Shown here piece by piece: positions 9,677 through 19,016 of a stretch of 64,000 nucleotides of DNA. The notes beneath the pieces are model-generated. The model did not search any database. It saw only the letters and a program-made list of their open reading frames with translations, and was not told the DNA's origin. The stretch is from Acidimicrobiia bacterium UBA5794 (GTDB taxonomy: Bacteria; Actinomycetota; Acidimicrobiia; Spongiisociales; UBA5794). Position 1 is the first letter of the stretch. Every line of letters begins with the position of its first letter. The stretch covers positions 72,588-136,587 of the forward strand of contig DIDS01000014.1 of the NCBI GenBank assembly GCA_002418265.1, given 5' to 3'. The position numbers and the translations under genes were made by a program.

Positions 9677-11123
9677 GGTTCGCCTCCGGTTTGTCAGACT
9701 CGGCTGGTCGTTGGCGGGCGCTCTGTCTCAGCTCGTCGTACTTCATCCGGGCTCTGGCGGAAAGGTCACCGAAGCCGTGCTCGGCTCTGCGGCGGGCCTC
9801 GTCCTCAGAGATCTCAACCGGAGACCCGTACTGTTCGCCCGACGCGGTCAGAACTTCAATGAACGCCTCGACAACCTCGGGGTCGAACTGTGTGCCTGCG
9901 AACCTTCGCAGTTCGGCAAACGCATAGACCTGCGACATCGCCACTCGGTACGAGCGGGTTGAGGTCATGGCGTCGAAGGAATCGGCGACGGCAAGAATCC
10001 GTGCCTCCAAGGACGGCGTTTCTCCCTTGTCACCGGTCGATCCGTGGTAGCCCTTTCCGTCGAAGTGTGCGTGGTGGTTGGATGCGATCTCGACCATCGG
10101 TCTGAGGAACTCGACCTCACTCAGGAGATTCTCGACATGGTGGACGTGCCCCTGCATCTCTTTGTATTCGTCTTCGGTGAGTCGGGACTTCTTTCGGATG
10201 ACCTCGCGAGGAACAGCGAGCTTGCCGACATCGTGGATGAGCGCTGCCCACCGGAGACGCTCCAGCTGCGTCCCGTTGAAGCCGAGGTGCTGTCCGATCA
10301 TGTTTGAGAGGTAGGCAACGCGCTCGGTGTGTCCTCGCGTGTAGAGGTCCTTTGCCTCAAGCGCCTTGATGAACCCAGCAAGGGTGGAGAGCTGTGCCTC
10401 GCGCAACCCGGCGTATGACTCGAACGCCATGTATCCGGTGAAGAAGACAATGGCGATCAACGGCAACGATGCAGGCCCGATAAGCAGATAGGTCGTTCCA
10501 AGCAATCCGCCGAGGAAACCCATACCAATCAACGGGAGCACAATTGCCGGTACGTGGGACCAGGTGTTCATGCTTGCCCCGTAGACACGCCGGAAGATGA
10601 ATGAGACAAGGCCGAGATTGACGATCCCATAGATCGCGGCCGCCAATCCAGTCGCGATGGCTATGAGCCCGACCATCGACGTCGACACGGTCCATTCACC
10701 CGATTCGTCCCCGATCTGGACCATTAGAACGGCGAGCACTCCAGTCGAAACAGCTGTAGTAGCAACAAGCTGTCCGAGATTGGCCGCTGGCTGGAACCAG
10801 CGCCGCTCGCGGATATCTGCTGGTGTGGCCATGGCAAGCGCAGCCATCGCCGCTGTACCCAATACTGCCGATTCCGGACCAAAGGCCACAGCGGCCGTCA
10901 TCATCACCATGACGGAGGGACTCGCAAAGAGCTTGTCGTTGACCTCGACCGCATTCCACTCGAAAAAGACGGCAGCGGCGGCGAACGTCGCCCATGGCCA
11001 GAACGGCCGGGGAAAGCTCTGGGTAAAGAACAGAACAGCGAGGATCGCGACACCAAGCGCGGCGAAGACGATGGCGATTCGCTTCTTCTCACGCAGTTGG
11101 CGTGTCAGTTCGTCCTGGAACAT
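9669..11123 (-). CDS. Membrane-anchored HD-GYP domain phosphodiesterase (putative c-di-GMP PDE)
   Basis: HDVGK followed by HHAHFDGKGYH, a canonical HD-GYP signature, with a polytopic N-terminal membrane domain. Start at 11123 has a GAGGAA SD. Confidence 0.75.
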   Translation of the reverse strand: MFQDELTRQLREKKRIAIVFAALGVAILAVLFFTQSFPRPFWPWATFAAAAVFFEWNAVEVNDKLFASPSVMVMMTAAVAFGPESAVLGTAAMAALAMATPADIRERRWFQPAANLGQLVATTAVSTGVLAVLMVQIGDESGEWTVSTSMVGLIAIATGLAAAIYGIVNLGLVSFIFRRVYGASMNTWSHVPAIVLPLIGMGFLGGLLGTTYLLIGPASLPLIAIVFFTGYMAFESYAGLREAQLSTLAGFIKALEAKDLYTRGHTERVAYLSNMIGQHLGFNGTQLERLRWAALIHDVGKLAVPREVIRKKSRLTEDEYKEMQGHVHHVENLLSEVEFLRPMVEIASNHHAHFDGKGYHGSTGDKGETPSLEARILAVADSFDAMTSTRSYRVAMSQVYAFAELRRFAGTQFDPEVVEAFIEVLTASGEQYGSPVEISEDEARRRAEHGFGDLSARARMKYDELRQSARQRPAESDKPEANRG

Positions 11124-11689
11124 GGTGTTCCTCGGTCAGGGAACGAGAGGCGGCGGCGGACCCGGGAATCTCAGCTAGCCAATCCGGAGTGAGGCCGCGC
11201 CAGCCAGTAAGGCTGCCGCAAGTGTTCCAACGGTCAATGCAAGCTTGATCAATGTGCTCTTCACGAGGGTTGCTCCAGTGGTTTCGTTCCTCTTCACCGA
11301 CATCGTTCGTCAGATCAGGGACTTCCATCGCTTCGCTGGAGTTGTTTCGTTTATGAGCTTCCCAGGCTGTGCCACCACCTCCATCGCCCAGTCGACGTGT
11401 CGCCCAGGCAAATCGTTCATGTCGTTCGGTTCTACGAACATTCCCGTACCGAGAGGCGCCTGATCGTCAACGACGAACACACGTCCCGGACTCCGCCAAG
11501 AGTCCCCGCCGCCTTAGCGCAGGCGGCGGACTGTCAACTTAATGCTCATATCACCCTGTCGCAAGACTTATCGGTCGATTCACCCACTGTGTTGAGCTTT
11601 GCGCGTCAACTCGTGGCTTGTCGCGAACAACCACCGAGAGTCACCTTTGTGCCACACGTGGGGCCATCCATCGACTACTCTCGCTGATC

Positions 11690-12322
11690 ATGTCAGTGAA
11701 CTTTCGTGAACTTGAAGAGGGTCTGGCCCGTCTCGATTCTGTCGATGCGGCAAGAGTCATCAACCAGGGCGACAAGATCACCGAAATCCATGTGATAGCG
11801 GCCTCCGACAAACCGACCAAGCAAGTCGCCCGCGATGTCCAAAGCCTCGCCATGGCCAGGTTCGGGCTTCCCATCGATCATCGCGTGATCTCGGTCGTCC
11901 AGATCAGTCCGCACCATCTCGATCTCTCGTCGGTGGCACGAGCAGCACTCATGGGTGTCTCCGAGTCCCCGAACGGTGTTCGCACGACGATCGAAGTGAC
12001 CCTCCGCCACGAAGATGAGGAGCATGTTGGGACGGCAACCGGTCCAGCGGTCGCCTCGGCGCGACTTCGACTCGTCGGCGAGGCGACGATCGATGCGGTC
12101 GAGAAAACCTTTGATTCCGTACCTCCGATTGCCCTCGACTCGATCGCAAAGACCCACGTCGGTACCCGGGATGTGATCGTTGCGGTGGTTGTGGCAGCCG
12201 CCGAGCGGGGTGGAGAGGATCTCAGTGTCGGCTCGGCGATCTCACTGTCATCCGACGACGATGCCGGTGTTCGGGCCGTGCTCAATGCACTCAATCGTAG
12301 GCTTTCGTCACTGAGCGATTGA
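11690..12322 (+). CDS. Hypothetical cytoplasmic protein
   Basis: 211-aa ORF with good high-GC codon usage and two internally similar halves; no recognisable motif. Confidence 0.45.
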   Translation: MSVNFRELEEGLARLDSVDAARVINQGDKITEIHVIAASDKPTKQVARDVQSLAMARFGLPIDHRVISVVQISPHHLDLSSVARAALMGVSESPNGVRTTIEVTLRHEDEEHVGTATGPAVASARLRLVGEATIDAVEKTFDSVPPIALDSIAKTHVGTRDVIVAVVVAAAERGGEDLSVGSAISLSSDDDAGVRAVLNALNRRLSSLSD

Positions 12323-12524
12323 TCCCAGTCGATCAACCAGAGGGTGCCGAGACCCGTATCGCGCCACCAGAGCTTCCATTTGTTTCCAGTCATTCGGTTG
12401 CTGTTGGGGGCAAACGCCGATACCCTGACCCTGTTGGTCGGCGATGCGCCGCGACCACCAAACCTGATCGGGCGGAATCCGGAACGGGTTGGTTCAGGAC
12501 ATAGAAGCGAGCACACGGAGTCAC

Positions 12525-13601
12525 GTGCGACCGCGAATACCACTTGCATACGCTGGACTGCTGATCATTGCTCTTGTCAGTATTGTCGGGTTTGCTGCGT
12601 TCTCACCAGCGTCATCGGATGGAACATCCGATCAAAGTCAGCCGTCCGTCGAGGCTGCCGTTGTCCCCGTATCCGCACGGGTTGCATCGGCGATCTTGGC
12701 ATTACGTGTGTCTGACGCTGACGCACGCTTGACCGAATCACCCTCAACCTCTGGCACATCATCCCCGGCTGCCGAGTCATCCGACCCCGCGACGCCAAGC
12801 ACCGTGGGAGACGAGTTGGTTGAGGGACCCACAACGTCGGCCGTCGAACCGGTAACCACCGTGCCTGAGGCAACGACGACGCCGCCGAAACCGAAGGACA
12901 CGACCCCACCACCTCTGAAGATCACCTCACCATCGGACGGGGCAACGGTCAACGACCGCGTCGTGACCTTTGAGGGCACATCCGAGTCAGGGGCATCGGT
13001 GACTTCGGGTCCCTATGAAGCGCACGTCGATGATGACGGAGACTGGTTCATCAAGCTCGTTGTTTCCTCTGAGGGGTCAAAGGCGACGATCACCGCAAAG
13101 GACAAGGCCGGGAACACGACAACCGAGTCGATCACCGTGACCTACGAGCCCCCGACGGTCGCGACCACAACAACCACCACGAAAGCTTCTTCTCCCCCTC
13201 CAGCCCCACCGCCCGAGCCGAAGTGGTCACCACAGTGGCCAGCCGATCCTGGCGGTCGACAGAGCCTTGAACACTGGAGGCCGCTCGTTGAGAAGTACTG
13301 GCCGGCGAATCTCGCAAACTGTGCTCTCAACATCCTCTACTTTGAATCCTTTGGTAATGCCAGGGCATACAACTCCAGCGGACCCGGCTTTGAGGGTTTG
13401 TTCCAACACCACAGTGGCTACTGGAAGGGCAGAGCCGCAGCCGCTGGGTTCCGAGACAGCGACGGCCTGTATGCAAGCCCCTACAGCGCTGAAGCAAACA
13501 TCGCCGTCGCGTGGTATCTCGCAAAGAACTCAACGCCGTGGAATCGACACTGGTCGGTTGATCCACACCACCCCAACGCTCCGCTCGAGTGCACGGAGTA
13601 G
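12525..13601 (+). CDS. Secreted or anchored protein with Thr/Pro-rich linkers, an Ig-like middle domain and a C-terminal SLT/lysozyme-like (lytic transglycosylase-like) domain
   Basis: C-terminal motifs ILYFESFGNARAYNSSG and GLFQHHSGYW resemble the E-S / GLMQ motifs of SLT domains. N-terminal signal anchor. Start uncertain; GTG at 12525 has a GGAG SD, and the longer ORF begins at TTG 12489. Confidence 0.6.
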   Translation: MRPRIPLAYAGLLIIALVSIVGFAAFSPASSDGTSDQSQPSVEAAVVPVSARVASAILALRVSDADARLTESPSTSGTSSPAAESSDPATPSTVGDELVEGPTTSAVEPVTTVPEATTTPPKPKDTTPPPLKITSPSDGATVNDRVVTFEGTSESGASVTSGPYEAHVDDDGDWFIKLVVSSEGSKATITAKDKAGNTTTESITVTYEPPTVATTTTTTKASSPPPAPPPEPKWSPQWPADPGGRQSLEHWRPLVEKYWPANLANCALNILYFESFGNARAYNSSGPGFEGLFQHHSGYWKGRAAAAGFRDSDGLYASPYSAEANIAVAWYLAKNSTPWNRHWSVDPHHPNAPLECTE

Positions 13602-13623
13602 ATTCGCCTATCATCGGATCACG

Positions 13624-13950
13624 ATGAACCACACGATGAAGAACGCAATCAGGGTCGCTGGCGTCATCGCTGGCTTGGCGGCCGCAGCTTGGGCACTACG
13701 AGACCGCATGCTTCCCGATCCTGCACCACCCACCGACTCGCCTCCCAGATTCCGCACGGGTGGAACCGGTGGAGACGACCTCACAGAGATCAAGGGGATT
13801 GGACCAGCGTTTGCCCAGCGTCTGAAAGACTCCGGCATCACAACCTTTTCGACGCTGGCTGGTGAGGATGCTGCCACCGTGGCTGAGATCGCCAACACCA
13901 CGGAGACGGCCGCTCAACGCTGGATCGACAGCGCCGCATCACACGTGTGA
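13624..13950 (+). CDS. Small membrane-anchored helix-hairpin-helix (HhH) protein (DUF4332-like)
   Basis: N-terminal TM segment plus LTEIKGIGPAFAQRLKDSGITTFSTLA, an HhH motif. Confidence 0.5.
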   Translation: MNHTMKNAIRVAGVIAGLAAAAWALRDRMLPDPAPPTDSPPRFRTGGTGGDDLTEIKGIGPAFAQRLKDSGITTFSTLAGEDAATVAEIANTTETAAQRWIDSAASHV

Positions 13951-13953
13951 TGC

Positions 13954-15039
13954 ATGGTTTATCTTGCTGAGCCCGAACATCTCGGTGATCTCCTCCCCAA
14001 CGAGCCCCGCTACCGCACGGACCAACTGACGGAATGGCTGTACCGACATCCGGTGCTCGATGCCTCCGCAATGACCAACCTCCCGGCATCGGTGCGCGAG
14101 TCCATCAGTTCCGATCTCTGGCCGTTCGAGCTCGTCATCGACCAGGTTGGTGACGGAGGAGAAACTCGGAAATGGCTGTTTCGATGTCACGACGGTTCCC
14201 AAATCGAGACGGTCCTGATGGGGTACTCGTCGAGAACGACGCTCTGTATCTCCTCCCAAGTTGGGTGCGCCATGGGGTGTACGTTCTGTGCGACCGGACA
14301 ATTCGGATTCGACCGGCATCTTTCGGCAGGCGAGATCGTCGCGCAGGTCGCGTACGCAAACGCGTACCTGGCGGCCACGCCGCTCCCCCGCAGCCCCGAA
14401 CGAGTCACGAATGTCGTGTTCATGGGCATGGGCGAGCCCCTCGCGAACTACACCCACACACGCGAATCGATCAGGCGAATGATTGAGATCATGGGAATGT
14501 CAGCGCGGTCGATCACCGTATCGACGGTGGGTTTCGTGCCGGGGATGAGAAGGCTGATCGAGGAGCCATGGCCGATGAACCTGGCCGTCAGTCTGCACTC
14601 GACCATCCCTTCCGAACGAACGAAGCTGGTACCCATCAACAAGCGCTATCCGATCGACGATGTCGTGGAGGCCGCCCACGACTACTACAAGGCAAAGGGA
14701 CGGCGCGTGTCGCTCGAATGGACGCTCATCGCAGGTGAGAACGATTCCGACGAAGAGGCGATTGGGCTTGCGCGCATCGCCAGAGAGATCCACGCCCACG
14801 TGAACGTGATCGCTTTGAACCCAACACCACTGAGCACCGATCGCCCACCCGATCGGGACCACGTCAGACGCTTTCTCGCAACACTTGCGCGAGAAGGCGC
14901 AAACGTGACGCTCCGAGACACCCGCGGCCAAGACATCGACGCCGCCTGCGGCCAACTCAGACTCCGAAACTCGCGTACCCAGGGTATGAACCCACCCTCA
15001 CGGTCGTTGTCAGCCCAAAGAACGGGCGAACTACGCTGA
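13954..15039 (+). CDS. rlmN: 23S rRNA (adenine2503-C2)/tRNA methyltransferase RlmN (radical SAM)
   Basis: CAMGCTFCATG radical-SAM motif, VFMGMGEPLANY, and a C-terminal ACGQL. The last roughly 22 codons are encoded by a half-copy of the palindromic repeat found at 32764-32818. Confidence 0.9.
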   Translation: MVYLAEPEHLGDLLPNEPRYRTDQLTEWLYRHPVLDASAMTNLPASVRESISSDLWPFELVIDQVGDGGETRKWLFRCHDGSQIETVLMGYSSRTTLCISSQVGCAMGCTFCATGQFGFDRHLSAGEIVAQVAYANAYLAATPLPRSPERVTNVVFMGMGEPLANYTHTRESIRRMIEIMGMSARSITVSTVGFVPGMRRLIEEPWPMNLAVSLHSTIPSERTKLVPINKRYPIDDVVEAAHDYYKAKGRRVSLEWTLIAGENDSDEEAIGLARIAREIHAHVNVIALNPTPLSTDRPPDRDHVRRFLATLAREGANVTLRDTRGQDIDAACGQLRLRNSRTQGMNPPSRSLSAQRTGELR

Positions 15040-15083
15040 GCATTCCCGTCACACATTCCCGTCACCAACAAGCGAGGTATCTG

Positions 15084-15545
15084 ATGCAACTTGAGACAGG
15101 GCAGAAGGCTCCGGCGTTCACAGCTGAGGACCAGACAGGCACCGTCCGGACTTCGGACGAGTTCGCCGGATCAAAACTGATCATCTACTTCTACCCGGAC
15201 GCGTTCACACCGGGCTGCACGACGGAGTCCTGCGACTTTCGCGACCGGCACGAGTTCCTCGCTGCACAGGGGTATCAGATCCTCGGTGTTTCACCAAATC
15301 ATCCTGACAAGCTGCAAAAGTTCAAGGACGAGTACAAGCTTCCGTTCGATCTGCTCTCAGATCCAGACAACACCATGTCTGCATCCTTCGGGGCATACGG
15401 CCTCAAGAAGAACTACGGCCGCGAGTACATGGGCATCATCCGCTCGACATTCCTGATCGACGCCGACGGTGTCATCGAAGATGCCTTCTACAACGTCCAG
15501 GCCACAGGTCACGCTGAACGCATCACGAAGTCGATCGAGGGCTGA
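15084..15545 (+). CDS. bcp: Thioredoxin-dependent peroxiredoxin Bcp
   Basis: FTPGCTTESC peroxidatic Cys motif, 153 aa. Confidence 0.85.
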   Translation: MQLETGQKAPAFTAEDQTGTVRTSDEFAGSKLIIYFYPDAFTPGCTTESCDFRDRHEFLAAQGYQILGVSPNHPDKLQKFKDEYKLPFDLLSDPDNTMSASFGAYGLKKNYGREYMGIIRSTFLIDADGVIEDAFYNVQATGHAERITKSIEG

Positions 15546-16408
15546 TGTCAATCAAAACTGCCGTCTTTCCCGTCGCTGGCCTTGGCACCCGGTTTCTTCC
15601 CGCCACGAAGGCCCTCCCAAAAGAAATGCTGCCGGTCGTTGACACGCCCCTCATCCAATATGCCGTCGATGAGGCCATCGAGGCAGGGATCGAAAACCTG
15701 GTCTTCGTGACCGGTCGCGGCAAAACCGCCATCGAGGACCATTTCGACATCTCGTACGAGCTCGAAGCCACCCTGGCCTCACGCGATGAGGTCGAGACGC
15801 TCGCAATGCTGCAAGAGATCCGACCACATCCCGGCCAGTTCGTGTATGTACGACAGATGGAGCCGCTCGGTCTCGGACATGCTGTGTGGTGTGCACGCCA
15901 CCTCATTTCAGATGAACCGTTCGCCGTCATCCTTGCCGACGATCTCCTCCACCCCACCGGTGATGCCCTCAAGGCGATGATCGCCGAACACGAAGCGACG
16001 GGCGCAAACATCGTCCTCGTCGAAGACGTCGATCCTTCCCACACTGATCGATATGGGATCATCACGCCTGGCGAGTCCACCGACACAGCCACCGAGGTGA
16101 TTGGCATCGTTGAAAAGCCAGCTCCCGCGGTGGCACCTTCGCACCTCGGAGTCATCGGAAGGTACGTTCTCAATCCGTCGATCATGACCAGGCTCGCCTC
16201 AACCAGGCCCGGAAGTGTCGGAGAGATCCAACTCACCGATGCCATCGCCGAATCCCTCGCAACCGAGCGCGTACATGCCGTGACCAATCCCGGTGTCCGA
16301 TTCGACTGCGGAACCAAGATCGGAATGATCGAAGCAACCATCACCGTCGGGCTGGAACGCGACGACCTCGGTCCTGAGGTTCGGTCGCTGCTCGAGCGTC
16401 TTGGATAG
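15545..16408 (+). CDS. galU: UTP--glucose-1-phosphate uridylyltransferase
   Basis: FPVAGLGTRFLPATKALPKEMLPVVD nucleotidyltransferase motif, with VRQMEPLGLGHAV. Confidence 0.9.
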   Translation: MSIKTAVFPVAGLGTRFLPATKALPKEMLPVVDTPLIQYAVDEAIEAGIENLVFVTGRGKTAIEDHFDISYELEATLASRDEVETLAMLQEIRPHPGQFVYVRQMEPLGLGHAVWCARHLISDEPFAVILADDLLHPTGDALKAMIAEHEATGANIVLVEDVDPSHTDRYGIITPGESTDTATEVIGIVEKPAPAVAPSHLGVIGRYVLNPSIMTRLASTRPGSVGEIQLTDAIAESLATERVHAVTNPGVRFDCGTKIGMIEATITVGLERDDLGPEVRSLLERLG

Positions 16409-16465
16409 CGGGCCAAGCATCCTCCGTATCCTGTGGACATCGCACAAACGAATCAAGGTGAGACC

Positions 16466-17551
16466 ATGACAAAGCTCGAGCTGCTCCATCAACACGGACA
16501 ATCCATCTGGTACGACTTCATCCGCCGAGACATGCTGACCGGCGAAGGTTTGGCAGATCTCGTATCCGATGGCATCAGAGGTGTCACTTCCAACCCATCC
16601 ATCTTCGAATCGGCGATCGCCAAAACCGATCTTTATGACAACCAGATCACTTCGCTCGGCGACGTTTCCCCCGAAGCCGCCTTCGAAGCTCTCGCGATCG
16701 ACGACATCCGCGCCGCTGCCGACATTCTCGCCTCGGTGTACGACGAGTCCGACGGAGAGGACGGCTATGTCAGCCTTGAGGTCTCTCCACGGCTTGCCAA
16801 TGACACATCGGGAACGATCTCGGATGCGATGCGTCTGTGGGATGCCGTTGATCGACGCAATCTGATGGTGAAGGTGCCAGCCACGCCTGCTGGTATCCCT
16901 GCAATCGAGGAGCTCACGGCAGCAGGCATCAACGTCAACGCCACGTTGATGTTCTCCCTCACTGACTACGAAGGTGTTGCCAACGCATTCGTACGGGGGG
17001 CGCGGCGAGCTTCTGATCCCGCCATTCTCGCATCGGTCGCATCGTTCTTCGTTTCGCGAGTCGACGCGTCGACGGATGCAGCACTTGAAAAAGTCGGCAC
17101 CGCCCACGCAGCCTCACTGCTGGGAAAGGCAGCGATCGCAAACGCAAAGCTTGCCTACCGCCGCTATCAGGAGATCTTTGAAGGGGACGACTTTGCAACC
17201 CTCGAAGCAATCGGGTGTCGCCCTCAGCGTGTGCTTTGGGCCTCGACATCCACAAAGAACCCGGCATACAACGACGTGATGTACATCGAAGAGTTGATCG
17301 GACCGAGAACGGTCAACACCGCCCCACCCCACACCATCGAGGCCTTCCTTGACCACGGTGAGATCAAAGGAGGATCCCTTCTTGAGGACGTCACCGGCGC
17401 CGCAGCTCTGATCAACGATCTCCCAACGATCGGTGTGGACTTTGATGCCATCACCCAGCAGCTCCAGGTCGACGGTGTCGCGTCGTTTGCAAACGCATAT
17501 GAGTCGCTGCTCAAAGCCATCGCCACCAAACAGCAACAAGTCGTTGCATGA
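16466..17551 (+). CDS. tal: Transaldolase (actinobacterial long type)
   Basis: SIWYDFIRRD...VTSNPSIFE motifs. Start at MTKLELL. Confidence 0.85.
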   Translation: MTKLELLHQHGQSIWYDFIRRDMLTGEGLADLVSDGIRGVTSNPSIFESAIAKTDLYDNQITSLGDVSPEAAFEALAIDDIRAAADILASVYDESDGEDGYVSLEVSPRLANDTSGTISDAMRLWDAVDRRNLMVKVPATPAGIPAIEELTAAGINVNATLMFSLTDYEGVANAFVRGARRASDPAILASVASFFVSRVDASTDAALEKVGTAHAASLLGKAAIANAKLAYRRYQEIFEGDDFATLEAIGCRPQRVLWASTSTKNPAYNDVMYIEELIGPRTVNTAPPHTIEAFLDHGEIKGGSLLEDVTGAAALINDLPTIGVDFDAITQQLQVDGVASFANAYESLLKAIATKQQQVVA

Positions 17552-17585
17552 GGATCGGACTCGCGAACACGAGGCGGATACCTAC

Positions 17586-19016
17586 ATGACAGAGGCGGTC
17601 ACGTTCGTCATCTTCGGTGCAACCGGGCACCTCTCACGAACCAAACTGCTTCCCTCGCTCGCCAAAGTCATCGATCACGAAGACCTCAGCGGACATGCCG
17701 TCGTCGGCGTCGGAAGCCGAGACCGATCAACCGAGGACTTTGTGACGTTCGTACGTGAGAGCCTCACATCGGCACAGGTCGATCCCCGAGTGTCCGAGCG
17801 ATTCCTATCGGGTACCTTCAGTTATCACGCTGTATCGGATGAAGCATCGTACAAAGATCTCGCCGCGCACGTGGAGCGCATCGAGGCGGCCAATTCCATG
17901 CCTGCCAATCGACTCTTGTACCTGGCCGTTCCGCCATCGAAACTTGACGCAACCATCGGCGGAATCGCTGCATCCGGTCTCGATTCAGGCGCAGGCTGGA
18001 CACGCCTCGTGGTCGAGAAACCCTTCGGATCAGATCTTGCATCCGCAGTGCGATCGAACGAGATCATCCATGCCTCCTTTTCCGAAGAGCAGGTCTACCG
18101 GATCGATCACTTCCTCGGAAAGGAGACGGTTCGAAACCTCCTCGTGTTCCGATTCACCAACAGCCTCTTTGAACAGACATGGAATCGGCGCCACATTGAG
18201 TCGGTCGAGATCACGGTCGCCGAAAGCACGGGCGTAGATGGACGGTCCGCCTATTTCGACGAGAGCGGAACAGTGCGCGACATGGTTCAGAATCACCTCA
18301 CCCAGATCCTCACGCTGACGGCGATGGAGCCACCCGTGGTCATGGATGCAGCGTCGATCCATGCCGAGAAGGTGAAGGTTCTCTCCGCCGTTCGACCGAT
18401 CGATCCCGCTGACGTCGTACTCGGCAGATACGGGGCAGGATGGATCGGTGATGAGCCAGTTGTCGGATACCTTGATGAACCAGACGTATCGGACGATTCG
18501 ATCACACCAACCTTCGCTGCTCTACGAATCAACGTCGACAACTGGCGATGGCATGGTGTGCCGTTCTATCTACGTACAGGGAAACGGATGGCGAAACGAA
18601 CCTCTCTGGTCACCGTCAGGTATCTCCGACCGCCCATTTGCCTCTTCCACGCGGCAGGCACCTGTCGGGGACACCAAAACGTGTTGACACTGCGGCTCCA
18701 GCCCGACGAAGGCTTCGAGCTACTCATCGACGTCAAGCAACCCGGCCCCGATTCGATGATCGGCCAAATACCGCTGTCTGTGAGCTACGACGAAATTCTC
18801 GAATCGGCGCCCGATGCATACGAAACCCTGCTCGCTGATGTTATCTGGGGAGACCAGACCCTGTTCGTCAGGTCAGATGAGGTCGAAGCAGCCTGGAAGC
18901 TGTACGAACCGCTACTGGATCGCGCCGACATCCACGCCTATCCGGCTGGATCCCATGGACCCGAAAGCGCCGAGCGGCTGATCGTGACCGAGCCCGGCAT
19001 CTGGACCAGGATCTGA
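17586..19016 (+). CDS. zwf: Glucose-6-phosphate 1-dehydrogenase
   Basis: FVIFGATGHLSRTKLLP dinucleotide-binding site, RIDHFLGKE substrate motif, and a C-terminal ...YPAGSHGP...WTRI. No opcA or pgl follows. Confidence 0.85.
   Translation: MTEAVTFVIFGATGHLSRTKLLPSLAKVIDHEDLSGHAVVGVGSRDRSTEDFVTFVRESLTSAQVDPRVSERFLSGTFSYHAVSDEASYKDLAAHVERIEAANSMPANRLLYLAVPPSKLDATIGGIAASGLDSGAGWTRLVVEKPFGSDLASAVRSNEIIHASFSEEQVYRIDHFLGKETVRNLLVFRFTNSLFEQTWNRRHIESVEITVAESTGVDGRSAYFDESGTVRDMVQNHLTQILTLTAMEPPVVMDAASIHAEKVKVLSAVRPIDPADVVLGRYGAGWIGDEPVVGYLDEPDVSDDSITPTFAALRINVDNWRWHGVPFYLRTGKRMAKRTSLVTVRYLRPPICLFHAAGTCRGHQNVLTLRLQPDEGFELLIDVKQPGPDSMIGQIPLSVSYDEILESAPDAYETLLADVIWGDQTLFVRSDEVEAAWKLYEPLLDRADIHAYPAGSHGPESAERLIVTEPGIWTRI

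Noticed and set aside
11175-11303. 42-codon hydrophobic ORF (MSVKRNETTGATLVKSTLIKLALTVGTLAAALLAGAASLRIG) upstream of the HD-GYP operon
   Set aside because: It has no SD and atypically low GC3 compared with neighbouring genes. It is kept only as a remote possibility.
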